A DNA stretch of 64,000 nt from Ostrea edulis (GCF_947568905.1 NC_079170.1:17980001-18044000); one strand, 5' to 3'. Positions 13,162 through 26,560 are shown, counted from the stretch's first letter. Made by a program: numbers and translations. Notes: generated from the sequence alone by a model not told the origin.

Positions 13162-13915
13162 NCCCAATTTGGCCCGAGGATGTAAATGAAAATTCCAAAA
13201 CCTTATTACACATCTACAGGACACCACCAACCATCTTCCAATGATTTAGCTGCTGCATAAAATGTAAGAGGAGTTCTGGGAACCAGATGTATTTAGAAAA
13301 ACGACGTGTTTGGTCGAAAAAATATTAATGTTTGACTTTATTTGGCCCCCCCCAAATCCAAAAATCTATTGCATACCTACAGGCCACCACCAATTATCTT
13401 CCTAAAATATGATTTGGCTATTACATAAATTGTAAGAGTTTTAAGAACCAATTTTTTGAAAACGCAAAAACTACGTTTTTCGATCTCCATGTGGGTTTCA
13501 GGGTGAAAAAGAAAAACCTTATTGCACTTCTAAAGGACACCACCAATCATCTTCCAAAAGATGATTCGTCTGCTTTGAAAAACGTAAAGGGAGTTTTAAG
13601 AACCAGGTTTTTGTAAAAATACGTCGTGTGGACCCCCATTTGTCCCCAGGATGAAAACGAAAATCCCTAAACCTTATTACACATCTACATAACATCGCCA
13701 ATCATCTCCTAAAATATAATTTGAGTAAAAATATAAGAGGAGTTCTGGGAACCAGGTTTGATTACCAAAGACATCATTTTCACCCCAATTTGGCCCCAGG
13801 GTACATTTGAATATTCTGAAAACTTACTACACATTTATGATGAAAATTCCAAAACCTTATTACACATCTACAGGACACCACATACTCTATTCAATTGCAA
13901 TTTGTTACTGCTTAA

Positions 13916-14259
13916 GGTGACTCACTACACCCTGAAATAGTTTCTCGAATCAGTACGAATTGATTTAATTATAAACGATATGATTATATACAATAAGTAT
14001 ATGTGCCAAAAAGGCAAAACATATACAAATTTGGATAAAAACATGATTTTTAATTTTTTTTTCATTTCAACACATATGAATAAAAGATTGTGATGGATTT
14101 GAACTCAAGATATGTGGTTCACCAGCCCAATGCTTTAACCACTGAGCTACAATGATAGACAAACAAATCGATCGATACAAATAATTTCACAAAACATTGA
14201 AATCGCCATCTTGTGACGTTATGTCATATAGAGTATAAGCTTTAGTGTAATGACCTATC
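13916..14259. mobile_element. TTAA-flanked MITE (Kolobok/piggyBac-like) containing a tRNA-like segment
   Basis: TTAA at 13912-13915 and 14260-14263; degenerate TIRs GGTGACTCACTACAC / GTGTAATGACCTATC; the minus strand near 14093-14151 reads GTAGCTCAGTGGTTAAAGC..GAGTTCAAATCC (A/B boxes). Confidence 0.5.
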
Positions 14260-14479
14260 TTAAAATAAAAGATATTTGAAAGAGAAGAAAGTGTGACAGA
14301 CGGACGGACGCACTAGTGTAACAACAATATATCCGAACTATCTTTAGAAAGTGCGGGAAGAATAAGACAGAAAAAGATATAGGGTTATGAAGTAGTCAAT
14401 TTTCATTATAAATTGTCGTAAAATCAATTTTTTTATACAACTTAATTTAAAAAAAAAAGCTCAAAGCTATTTTGCATGG

Positions 14480-15905
14480 GGGAATTATGAAAAGCAATTT
14501 CGAAAATATTTGAAGACAAGTTGTCGATGAAAATAAATCTATGTGGTTTTTTGTGTGGACTTCCCATCTTTGGGGAGATGTACGTGTGGATGATTCTGGA
14601 TTTTGTAGGTCAAATGTTTCTACAATGGTGACTAGATGTTGACATAAAACAGTGATACCCGCACTGTGTTTGTCTTTAGTTGCACTCTCCGTCGTACCAT
14701 ATAACATACCCAATGTTATACATTTTCTTGTTGCATATGTCAAGATTCATTGAGTATTCTATTGGGCAAGTGACCTTGGAGTCATCCCAAACCCCATTTC
14801 ATAATTGTTGAAAATATTTAAAGCAATTGAGGTACTGACCCCTAAACCATGTATTTCTGCTGCACATATCAAGATATATAAGATATATAATCTTCACCAT
14901 GCATATAATGTATTTTTATAGATCATCCGACCCCCTTCTAATTTAATTGATTAAATCTAAAATGCATAATAGTTGAGATACCAACAATTAAAATAAATAT
15001 ACTCTTGTTGCACATGACACAATGTACTAAACACCCAGGTTTTTATTCGTTGTATTCCCACCCTATTTGACCTTTGAGGTGAAATAAATATTCTGAAACC
15101 TTATTGCACATCTATATAACACCACCATATACCTCCCAACAGATGATTTTGCTACTGCGTAAAATTCAAGAGTAGTTCTAAGAACCAGGGGTAAAAAATC
15201 CCAACATAAAACCGACCAATGTTTTACCCTCTTTTGGCCATCAGAATGAAAATGAAAATTTCAAAAGCTTATTACATATCTAAAGGTTATCACAAATCAT
15301 CTTCCAAAAAAAAAAAAAAAAGAGTTTACTACCGCATAAAATGTAAGAGAAGTTTTGGGAGCCATAATATATTTTAGAGAAAACATCGTTTTTCGACCCC
15401 CATTTGGGCCCCAGGGTGAAAATGGAAATTCTGAAACATCAGTTCACATCTGCAAGACAACACCAATCATCTTTCAAAGATGATTTGTCTACTGTATAAA
15501 ATATGAGAGGAGTTCTGGGAACCAGCATTTTTGTAGAAATATGTCGTTATCTACCCCAACTGGCTTCTTGGATAATAATACAAATTACAAAACCTTTTTA
15601 CACATCTACAAGACACCACCAACTATCTTCCAAAGATGATTCAGCTACTGCGTAAAAATAGTTCTGGGAACCAGAGGTATTTAGAAAAACCGTCCCCCCC
15701 CTTTTTTTTTTTACCTCTGATTTGTCCCCTGATAAAATTGAAAATTCCAAAACTTTATTGTACATCCTCAGGACACCACTTATCATGTAATTACTTAGTA
15801 CTTAAAATAAAAGAAAAGTTTGAGGAGGAAGAAAATGTGACAGATTGACGGACGGACAAGGGTAGCAAGAATATACCTAAACTTTCTTTAGAAAGTGCAG
15901 TATAA
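14480..15905 (+). mobile_element. Second Helentron-like element of the same ~170-bp repeat family
   Basis: Same repeat unit from ~15080 to 15780; same terminal GACGGACGGAC tract and CTTTAGAAAGTGC hairpin at ~15840-15905. Left boundary approximate. Confidence 0.5.
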
Positions 15906-16629
15906 TTAACACCCGGTCCAAACGGACCTATAAGTCACTTTGACCAATAGATGTATGATAATATCTATATTTGCGAACGGAGATATAAGATTATAGATTT
16001 CTTCTTTATTTTTGCTCTCTCATTTTGAGGAATTCGATATAAAATGTTCTGTCTGTCGTGGATAATTGGTAATTACATTTAAAAAGAGGGAATCATCTAA
16101 AATTGAATTATGGTGCTCGGATACTTGTATTCTACTGAAGAAATCCTTTCTAAACAATTTTGTGTATATATTTTACCAGGCATGTAGAAATAGGGGGTTA
16201 TTTTAACTTGCAAATCCCCCATTGTAGTGAATGGTAGTTGATGTGTGACTTGTAAAATCGGTGTAGTGATTGTGAACTAACCTTTGTTCCCTCCCCTTCT
16301 TATGATTTGATTTAGGGTTTTGAGGATTGGGCAGAAGTACCCCAAATTCATAAATTCTTGCTTGTCAAGAATTCTAATGCAAGTGTGAAGTGACCTTCTA
16401 CTTAAAAAGACCGATCCTATGTGCCTGTATATCTTAATTACAGGAATGAAATGTTATACTTATGGGTTTCCTTTAATTGAAATTTTAAAAGTAGTATATA
16501 TATATATTTCATTTCCAACAATGAATTGAAGTATCAGAACCAATGTTCCTCTTGTTGTCAGTACAAAACTTTAAAATAGTTGAAATTTATGAACATTTGT
16601 AAGCTAACACTTATACCAGTAATCAATAT

Positions 16630-16633
<4 letters not shown>

Positions 16634-16682
<49 letters not shown>
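16634..16682. repeat. (CT)n microsatellite
   Basis: Perfect CT run. Confidence 0.95.
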
Positions 16683-16685
<3 letters not shown>

Positions 16686-19600
16686 CAATCAATAATTATG
16701 CAAAGTGACGGTAAATAATTGTGCTTCCCGATTAGACAACAAATTCTGAAAGCTGCACTATATTTTACGCTCTCAATTCCTTTTTACATTTTCACTCAGA
16801 TGCATATTTTCACTTACTATTCATGATTGTATGTAATCATCTATACATTAAAATGTGCATGCAATAAATCCATTCAGATGTACAGTCTACATGCATAATC
16901 AGATTCTTGATTTCTATAAACCGCAAAACAATGTGCAGTCGACTGGTGATGTCTCCCAACTAAAAACGAGTGAAGTGTGTCGCAGGAACGTATTGTAAAT
17001 GGAGTTATTTTTTATCAGAATAATGTGCTCCAACATTGTTGTAAGCGCACATCTACAGACCCGGGTAAATAGCTGTCTGCACTTGAAGTGCTTTCTAGGC
17101 AACCATGCTATGTGCATTAATTATGCATATGCACCTGTGTTTTGCAAGAATTGAATGATGTTGTATGTATATGATGCTCTTTGTGTATTTCATTCTATCG
17201 GTATACATCTCTGAATTTATTTATCCGTAGTCAAAATCAGTGTGTCACGAACGGCATAATAAAATCGGTGTACATCTTGGAGTATATTTATCATTTTGCC
17301 GTCTTTTCATCTTGAAACAAAACCCCCAAACTAAAAGACAACACATTTGGGCGCAAATCTGCGGTGCTTCTTTGTCGTCTTTTAGCATGTATTATGTCGC
17401 CTTTTTGTTTTGTCGTTTATTTCGAGGCAAAAAGTCGCTTATTTATTCGTTTATTCGTTTTGTCGTCTTTTCGCCTAGAAATAATAGATAGACAAAATGC
17501 AAAATAACACAAATGTCAGCTGTAAATCACATTGTTTCGAGATATTTTCTCTCAAATTCAGCCTTTGACTTGCATATAATATCTGTTAATAAATACCATT
17601 GATTTGTATGGTGATAGTTTATGGCGGTGTGATAATCAACAAAAAGACACCAAACGGATTTATAGTGGAAACCCCTTGTACTATAATACCTTTCGACATT
17701 AACCTAAGCTTTGTTTTTACTTTTTCCGAGAACCATGGGTCTGTTTGTAACCAAAGATAACGTAAGATAAAGCTGGATAATTCTAATTTAATAATGAAGT
17801 TTTTTTCAATTTCACTTGTCAGTTGGAGATAAGTATGAAATAAGAAAAATAAGACAGGGATAAACATTTTTCCAGAAGCCACAGAATTTGAGAGCACAAA
17901 AAATATACAAAGAATTTCTAATATGATGTAGACATAAATTTGTTAATATGAAAATCCCTAAGGTCATGAAGACACTTTAATATGGAATCTTCTCAAGAAC
18001 TAAAAAGATGCAATTCATGAGGAAAAAAACCCCATGCAACCATCCTTACGTAGTGTAAATTCCAGGTTGTACAAATAATGACCGTTAAGGACCAGAATGG
18101 ATCACAACAGGATGTGTTTTATATCGTAAATGCGTTGTACCTGTCATTAGGTGGAATATAGTCTCAAGTGTTTTATACCAAATGCTCGGTCTATCTTCCG
18201 TTTACCAGATCAAGATACAGGGGTCACGGCGAGTGTGTGATCGGTCTAAAATTAATACTTACTTTTCCTAAGCACCTCATCCAACCTCTGGTATTAGCAG
18301 GGGGTCTTTATTAGCCCTATTCCCGATTGTTGTAATGTTTATAGGATTTATAATATTTATCACTGTGACTGTCTATTATCTTCTCCCTTTTCATCGGAAT
18401 TTAAACGGGGAAATATCTAATGAAAAACATAATGTCAAAAACTTAAAATACATTCCAAAGTAGTGAGTGTTCCTTCGAGAAACATTCTGAATTTAGAGGT
18501 GACATTGGTGTAGTTTGTTGAGAGCTTAAAGACCTAGGCATTGTCAAGATAAAGCTATGACCGCCATGCTGAGGCAATTAACTTACAGCGGGTGACGTCA
18601 CAGTACAAAGGAAAAAAATAGAAAAAAACCAAACAAAAATCCTCCAGAACTTTAACGTGGTTACAGGCTGAAATATCAACATCCTAAACAGCTCCAGGCT
18701 TTCATACTATTTTATCCATATTATGTGTAAACATGCATCTAAGGCAGTAACAAGTATTGTAGATACATGCATTTTCTACATTTAATGTCCATTTGATAAA
18801 ATAGAATATACACAAGTGCATTAATCAACTTCATGAAATTTTTCTCCACCAACTGTAGCCACATGACCATGAATCAATGTAAAAAAGGATCCAGGTTGTA
18901 ACTTTCTCTCTCATCGCCTGTGTTACTCTTCCGACACATTCATCGTACGGCTGAAATATTAATGTATTAAAGCGTTATGATAGTCGAGGTCATCCCATCG
19001 TTTGTGTACATTCCTCACAAATGTCTTGGGGCTTTCTAAGCAAAGGTAACTTTTCTTCGTTAGATGTTGCTAAAACATCAAATAAATGTATGGGGATACC
19101 GTTGAAAGAAAATGCGATTCTAAAAAAAACTAGCATTTCTTGACTGAACAACATATTTTGTGAAATGTAAGAGATATATACTCTCATTTTAACGAAGATC
19201 AACCCAAGCACCACCTTTACCATACATTGTATTTGAGCTAGAAAGAGTTAAAAACATGTTTTCCGGACAAGAGATGTTCTTAACACTAAATATGTTTGAA
19301 TCCATTGGAAAATGTAGTTAAAATCGAAGACTTTATTCTAAAATCATGTCTTCTGCCTCATACATTAACATTTTGAGCTGGCCAATTAGCATTTTTATCA
19401 GATTATCGAGAAGCCACGTATTGAGATCAGGATACTATTAAAAAAGCGTCCAGACGTGTGTGGGGAGTGCACTCACACGTCGGGATGATTCAGACTAAAA
19501 AAAAACTATGAATAGCATGTCGAGTAGAGGTCCTACACGTATAGCCTGAAATGTAGGCAGCGCTGATTGAAAAAAACTATGCACAGCTTCAGCAGAATTA

Positions 19601-20532
19601 TGTCTGCTTGGATGATGAAAATCACTTGCATTAATTCACCACTTCATTTCAACAAAATCATTTTTCTTGTTTTGGATAATATGGAACATGTATAGTTAGT
19701 TTGGAAGATCAGACTGCAGCACGATATTACATACCTCAACGGCCATTCTAAAGTGCCCCAATGAATTCCTAAGGAACATTTGGCCTGGACGTCTGTGTGG
19801 ATCTGTACAGCTTCCTCGGGACTAACGTGATGGTGCCTCAAAAAGTCTCTACAAGAAATCTACGCTCCTGTGACAATGTTTCACTTATATTGAGACGTCA
19901 CCAACTGAAGGTAAAAAACTACAAATTTTGACCATACGCAATTAGATCGCTTAGGTTTATAAGCTCCATGTGTTTGTCTCTAATGTTGTTTACACAATTT
20001 CAAAAAACATATTTCGTATATATAGTAAAGGCATACGACTCTAAGTATAGGGTATGGGCATATTAGAATACAGAGTAAAATTCTATCAATATAAAACTTA
20101 TACGGTACCAATTTTGATACACCAGATGCGCATTTCAACACATAATGTCTCTTCAGTGATGTTCAACTGAAATTTTTGAAATCCGAAATACCAGTAAACT
20201 TGTAGACCATAAGAGCTAATTTAGGGGAAAACAGAGTGCCAAAAAAGTGGAGTCAAATTCGTCAAAGGATAACATTCGTTTTATCACTTTTTCAAAAGCG
20301 AACTTGGGTACCCTATATTTAGACTTGCATACCTTTACTCTTTGATAGTAAATTCCAATCCAAGCGAATAAATTGCTTGTGGTTTAGACCTTTGCTTAGC
20401 GCACAGGACCGTACCAGTGATGATTCTCTAACCTGCCGATGCTTACCGCGAGATAAGACCTTCAATTTTAATACCATATCCGATAGAATGGTAATTCTCA
20501 CGTCAGTGAGATACCGTTGCATCTGGACATTA

Positions 20533-20830
20533 AACCGGTCGCGGTGGCTCCTTGGTAGAGCGTTCGATTCGTGATCAGGAGGTCGTGAGCTCACGCCCCG
20601 CTCGTGCTATGGCCGCGTCAAACCTAAGATGTAAAAATAGGTTGTGATTGCTTCTTCACCAAACGTTCGGAATTTAGAAGTGAGAATCGCGGATTCTCTG
20701 ATATGACCTTATAAGGATAGGTCTAAATCTATGTTACTTCACCCACAACTGGTGACGTCTCAGTATAGTGAAAAATTACCAAAGAGTCGTAAAAACACCC
20801 ACAACAACATCATCAACAACAACAAAAACA
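20533..20830 (+). mobile_element. tRNA-headed SINE (internally deleted), with an inverted fragment of the same family at ~20380-20515
   Basis: Head with A box (GGTGGCTCCTTGGTAGAGC) and degenerate B box (GTGAGCTCACGCCCC); body ATGGCCGCGTCAAACCTAAG..CTGGTGACGTCTCA; (CAA)n-like tail. Confidence 0.7.
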
Positions 20831-21857
20831 ACAACATAAAAAACAACAACAATTCTCAATTATTGAGTACAGATCTATGATGTGTTTTAGACAATTATAC
20901 TTTTATCTATGGAGCGGGATACAAATATTCACACGCGTACTTGTAATAGAAAAAAACCCTCTTGTTTTTCAATACGGAATTCATTTCATACCGTGGATCA
21001 TAGGCACCTATTGGAATTGCAAGTGTTATGGGTCCGTATTTCCTTCCAATCTTTTTGAATTCTTCACAATAGCCCGTGTCTCCAGCGAAAAAGAACGTGT
21101 TGTTTTGTCCTTTCACCAGCCAACTTCCCCAAAGACTCTACAAAAGATAAAATTCTCAAAACTAAAATCAAACTGTAGTATCCCTCCAAGGATATATTAA
21201 AAAGATAAATATTATCTGACACACGACTATAAAAGAGATATTCCATTTTAACCAAAGTCTTGGTTTTTCTGCTTGCTTGATAATGGTTGACATTTTCTGT
21301 TATACCACGAAGAACACCAACAACGATTTTATCTTATTCCTGTCGAATAATGAACGACCTGACCAGTACTGGGTGGGCGTGAAAGCAATCAAAAATTCTT
21401 CCTTTTTCTCCAACTTCACTTCCTCCCACCATTAATGTTCAGTCACTTTCTGACATCCAGTACTTATCATCCATGCTTTTAATCCAACAGGTACAAACCA
21501 ATGTAAAGAATCACCAAACTTTGCATTTAGGTTTTGCACAGAGCTGTAATCTAGGTGGTCATAATGTGAATGGCTTATCAAAACAATGTCAACTTTTGGG
21601 AGCTCCTCTACTTCACATGGAAGAGGGCGGTATCGTCTGTTTCCACCAATCCAGGAAAATGGGGAACATCTTTCACTAAATACTGGATCAGTGAGTATAG
21701 AAATCCCGTCGAATTGCACGAGGACAGTAGCGTGACCAATCCAGGTGGTCTGGATTCCGGAAGTCGGGGGATTGGAAAGTTTGTTGAAATCCGGTCTCTC
21801 CACCGGCAATCGCTCATCTAAAATCTGAAATTATTGTAAACCTTGTTACACACACGC

Positions 21858-21863
21858 AGAGAG

Positions 21864-21937
<74 letters not shown>
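21858..21937. repeat. (GA)n microsatellite in NAPE-PLD intron 1
   Basis: Long GA run with one interruption. Confidence 0.95.
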
Positions 21938-21940
<3 letters not shown>

Positions 21941-23902
21941 TACGTGTACTAGTTTGGATGGTGAGAGAGACATATGTTGTTCGTAGATATATCGGCTTTA
22001 ATAAACGGTACGGGTTTCCATAATTGCTTTTGACAATCCAGAAATTTACAGGAAGAGCTTGGCTTAGCCTTAGATTACCTGTTTGCTTGGAATTTTCTCT
22101 GATGTTATATGTAGCTTCCACAGAAAGCTGAATATTTTTTTTAAGCTAGGCCACTGATAACAGTCACAAGGATTGCCATACACCCCATTCTGATATGTAG
22201 GTTTTGTTAATACTGAATCATCGCTGATAGAATCCATTTACACTTCGAAAACAAAAATAGCACATATCAGTTGTAAGTATAAAAACAAATCAATGTGTCA
22301 TGACCGTACACTGAAACAGTAATGATTTGTTCTATTTTCACTCTTACCCTTCGTACACTGATAAAAATAAACAATGGGTTTACAGTTTCACAACATATGA
22401 CTATACAGCATTTGTTCGAAAAAATCAAAACAAGGACACTTTAAACGTTGCCTTATCACAAAATTGGTATCTCAATATCTTGGTATCATGTAAGCATCTC
22501 TCTTAATGGATGTTAAATAAGTATTACCTTTAAATCAAAGCGAGTAGCGAGGCCATCATACATCAAATGGCTTCTCACTAAGGCTGTCCAGTTTTGCCAA
22601 AACGAAAGACTGTATGCATGAAATTGTAATATGTTATGTTTACACTGATGGGTACATAGATATTCCTGGTTTGTTTCCGGTTTGCACACGTTTGAACATT
22701 AGATATAGAGAAAATGTTTTCGAAACAGGAATTCGACCATGTAAGATAACGATTTAATTGATATATGACATACATGTAGTCTGTATCTAAAAAGCATTTT
22801 GTACAGTTTTTTTTTTTAAATTTAGTTTATATATAACTTACAAGCAAGGAAAACTATTATGGAACATAAGAACTATTATCCATCGTATTTACTAACTCAC
22901 AATTTCTCTCTAGTAGCATTGTATTTGTGTTTTATACACTTCAAGAACATGTATATATCATATAAATACATAACAAATTCAGAAAATTGTCTTTATTTTC
23001 CGTTAGCCTTGGGACGGTCGAACCGTTGTCATAAGCCATTGCTGAAATGTACGCCCCTCTCTCGAAAGGAGCGTACATTTTATCAGTAACTTGCGACAAT
23101 GGGGAATGACGTGTAATCTAATTTGCAGTAATTTGATTGTGAATTAATTCATTGAGATATTTTTTTTTTTTTTAGAAATTGCACAGATTCCATAACGAAT
23201 GGTCTTAGATAGGGAAGATATGCTTAATTCATCTAAATCAATAAAAATATAAGTATTAATTAAAGAATCCGCCTGATAGATAAAACCAAAAAACTGGCTG
23301 TAATAACAGTCCATGACTCATTGCAGTGAATAACAGACAGAAGCAACGTTTACCAATTTATTCATATAACAGCAATGACACATCCGGGATATACTGAAAT
23401 GGACAATATCGGCCGCATGTGAAACTTTTGTGGGGTAACTGGGGAGTCGCCCAGTGAGCCAGTTTAACTTAACTTGTAAGGGGTACGCTGGGGGGCCCGA
23501 GTAAAACATTCAGTGCCCAGACCTGAACGGACGCCAGCGTTCTAAGGAGGTAAGCGAGACCCTCCCTTCTCACCCTGTCTCCTGCAGTGCTACCTGGCAT
23601 GTACATTATCATGTTGGACATAAGCCCCAAACATGCATCAGACTGTAGCATCCCCTCACTGAAGTGCCCAACCGTCCCCGGTGGTGGCCCCACTATTAGT
23701 TTACTTGTTTTAACTTGTACGACTTTTAGTACTGTAAATTGCCCCCTGCTTTAGAAGCAGGTGGGGGAAACAACCACGTTTTGGAGCAGAAACAGTCATC
23801 ACATACCATTACCGACTCCCCAGTTCGGCCACAGACATTGGAACAATGTCCCCCACAAAAAACTTGTAGGATTAAGAACTGAGTGAAACTCAAAATACAA
23901 CA

Positions 23903-25016
23903 AGAGATGTTTGTAAAACACATATGCCCCCATGGTGCAAAATTGAAAAGGGTTATACACACACACATCATTTAATTGATAGTAGTATCATCAATTCAAA
24001 ATATTGAGCAGACAATATCTTCCTATGTCAAGAGTGAATTGACCATGTGACCTAAATAACAATATGGGTCATCTACTCCTTATGCTGTACCAGTGTACCA
24101 AGTTTGGTGTCAATCAAGCAAACAATTCTTAAAATATAGGAAACAAGATATTACTATGTCCAGTTCAACAATTTACTTTTGACCTCAAAATCAATATGGG
24201 TCGTCTTCTCCTGAAAATGTACCAGTGTACTAAGTTTGATGTCCGTCAAGCAAAAAGGTTATCAAGATATTGAGTGGACAGTATATTACTATGTTCAGTT
24301 TGACCTTTGACCATGAAAAAAAATGCCCCCCAAAAAATTGAGCAGAAATTGTATTCTTAAGTCCAGTTTGACCCTTGACCTTTGACCATGTGACCTCAAA
24401 ATCAAAGGGGTCATCTTCTCTTGAAGACGTACCAGTGTACCAAGTTTGATGTCTGTCAAGCAAAGGGTTCTCAAGATATTGAGCCGACAGTATATTCGTA
24501 TGTCTAGTTTGACCCTTGACCTTTGACCATGTGACCTCAAAATCAATGGGGGTCATCTTCTTCTGAAGATGTACTGGCGTACCAAGTTTGATGTCTGTCA
24601 AGCAAAGGGTTCTCTAGACATTGAATGGTCAGTATATTCCTATGCCCAGTTTGACCCTTGACCTTTGACCATGTGACCTCAAAATCAATTGGGGTCCTCT
24701 ACTCCTTAGGATGTACCAGTGTGCCAAGTTTGATGTCTTTCAAGCAAAGGGTTCTCAAGATATTGAGCGGACATTATATTCCTATGTCCAGAGTAGATTG
24801 ACCCTTGACCTTTGACCTTTTGACCTGAAAAACAATAGGGATCCTCTTCTACTCATAACTAACCCACATATGAAATATCATTATCATCAAGTGAATGGTT
24901 CTCAAGATATTGAGCGGACAACACGTGGTCTACAGACCGACCGACAGACAGACCGACCGACCGACTGACAGGTGCAAAACAATATGCCCCCTCTTTTTCA
25001 AAGGGGGGCAGAATAA
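23903..25016 (+). mobile_element. Helentron-like non-autonomous element with ~140-bp internal tandem repeats
   Basis: AAAACA(C/A)TATGCCCC motif near both ends; repeats GTACCAAGTTTGATGTCTGTCAAGCAAAGGGTTCTCAAGATATTGAG..TGACCTTTGACCATGTGACCTCAAAATCAA; (ACAG/ACCG)n tract; 3' hairpin GCCCCCTCTTTTTCAAAGGGGGGC. Confidence 0.75.
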
Positions 25017-25099
25017 AGAATTACATGGATAAGCATTTGAAGAAAAAGAAAGAAAAAAAAAGAGAGAAAAAATTCCAAGGCCGCTTGATATTGTTGAGA

Positions 25100-26560
25100 A
25101 ATAATTGATTTCCCAGGACCGACATACAGACGAGTGCCATCTGTTCGGAACAACTCAATCTCAGTAGCCTTGATGACATGGTTGTGTCCAATGTACAAAC
25201 CTCTAACCTGGTTAGCCATGAATTTTTATCATGCAACTATGGGCATCATGCCAATATGTTCTAGGTACTGAAAACGTGTCGTAGGAGTGCCATCCGCATG
25301 AAAAGAGCAATATATAAGTAATGGGAGGGGGGGGGGCTATAAATATGCCTTAATTAGTAGTGTTGGGCAGATAATTTGACAAACTAGGGGTTTGCCGGTT
25401 TGGTTGGTCTTGGACCTATGTGAAAATACCAACGCTTGACCTAGCTGGTTTTGAGAAACTTGTGGAATCGACGATGACAAAACTTACTGACTTCGCAAAC
25501 CGTAAAAATGCCAATGAAAAGGCTGCTGAAAATAATAAGATATAGGAAGTCTTGATATATTGAGACACCTATAAACCGCTTGACACCTTCTAGGGATGAG
25601 AGAAATTTGATTGGTTGTTTATGTACATCAACCAGAATTCGCTGTGAATTTTGCCCCAAGACATAGCAGGGTTGGAGGCCTTACGGAGTCGGAATTGGTC
25701 GTCATACTTTTGCCAATTTTGTGAACGATTAGCTGCAAGCCTTATATCTCGCATGTACTTAAGCATTTCTTGGGCCGTTTGACTATGTTGAAGTACAATG
25801 CTCATGTAAATCATGAAGGCTGATGTCCACTTTTCAATGCTCAAAAAGGAGTTAAGTTGGCGCTTGACTACGCATAGCTTGCCATTGACAAGTTGTAAAT
25901 CCCCGTGGGACTCAAACTGCTCCAATTCCGTAGCAGATTTGAGTAGGACAGACAGATCAATAAATCCCCCCTCCCATATTTTTTGCTTGAGTTTAAGCGA
26001 GACATGACTGCCGATATCATCGCATGCAGATGTAATTTGACAAGGTAAAGCCAAGGGTAAATATGCCGCTTGGTTCAACAAAAAATTGCAAGACTCACCC
26101 GGGTTATCCGGTGTACATGTATTATCGATTGGGAATCGAGGGACCTCCTCAGGGGGCTGTGGCTGCCCCTCTGCAGGGGCTAGTCGATCCGTCCAAGGTG
26201 TGGCCGTGTGATTTGGACTTCGTTCCCGGAGTTGAGCTGTTGTCCGACGATTACGTTTCATCCCGACCCCCCTGGCCGGGGATCTCTGGGTCGCTGCTCG
26301 TTTTATAGGTGGCATTCCTAATGCAGGAAAAAATTGTCAAAAAGCTATGTGTAGGGAATAAATCCAAAAAGGGGAGAGAAAAACTTCGGCCACGTGCTTG
26401 GTTTCCGCCTCTAATACAAGAACCACGTTGCTGCTTCGGTTGGAAAAAGTGTAATGAATGGGTTCGATCACAGGGAGTACCGAGTGTGATGTAGTGCATA
26501 CAAATTAACTTGTACCATCTAACCGCTAAAGTCACGTAGACCCGACCTACAGAGTGTATC
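25100..26560 (-). mobile_element. Internally deleted DIRS-type (tyrosine recombinase) retrotransposon relic
   Basis: Gag-like ORF followed directly by degraded YR-like fragments (ILLFSAAFSLAF; FHADGTPTTRFQ; RWHS); no RT or RNase H motifs seen between them. Boundaries approximate. Confidence 0.65.
25590..26315 (-). CDS. DIRS Gag-like ORF (241 aa; C-terminus probably truncated by the deletion)
   Basis: KIWEGGFIDLSVLL..SIEKWTSAFMIYMSI..YMRDIR..WQKYDDQFRLRKA..W matches the recognisable pattern of DIRS ORF1. Confidence 0.7.
   Translation of the reverse strand: MPPIKRAATQRSPARGVGMKRNRRTTAQLRERSPNHTATPWTDRLAPAEGQPQPPEEVPRFPIDNTCTPDNPGESCNFLLNQAAYLPLALPCQITSACDDIGSHVSLKLKQKIWEGGFIDLSVLLKSATELEQFESHGDLQLVNGKLCVVKRQLNSFLSIEKWTSAFMIYMSIVLQHSQTAQEMLKYMRDIRLAANRSQNWQKYDDQFRLRKASNPAMSWGKIHSEFWLMYINNQSNFSHP

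Larger units (their letters stand above)
12500..14365 (+). mobile_element. Helentron-like element carrying ~170-bp satellite-like repeats; spans an assembly gap
   Basis: Repeating unit AAAACCTTATTACACATCTACAGGACACCACCAATCATCTTCC..ACTGCATAAAATGTAAGAGGAGTTCTGGGAACCAG; ends with GACAGACGGACGGACG and hairpin CCGAACTATCTTTAGAAAGTGCGG near 14290-14363. Confidence 0.6.
19735..22237 (-). pseudogene. NAPEPLD: NAPE-PLD (N-acyl-phosphatidylethanolamine phospholipase D, metallo-beta-lactamase fold) pseudogene; exons 22237-22079, 21824-21333, 21137-20992, 19848-19735; last exon unresolved
   Basis: Spliced translation gives [78 protein letters not shown]. Lesions: in-frame TAA at 21434-21432, QYW in place of QHW, exon-2 donor AT instead of GT, probable 1-nt deletion after HWGT. 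Confidence 0.85.

Noticed and set aside
18990-19223. Candidate final NAPE-PLD exon (also considered 17619-17897)
   Set aside because: No convincing similarity to the NAPE-PLD C-terminus and splice phase not resolved.
24230-24601. ORFs 24230-24601 and 24295-24546
   Set aside because: Translations of the ~140-bp tandem repeats in a Helentron-like element.
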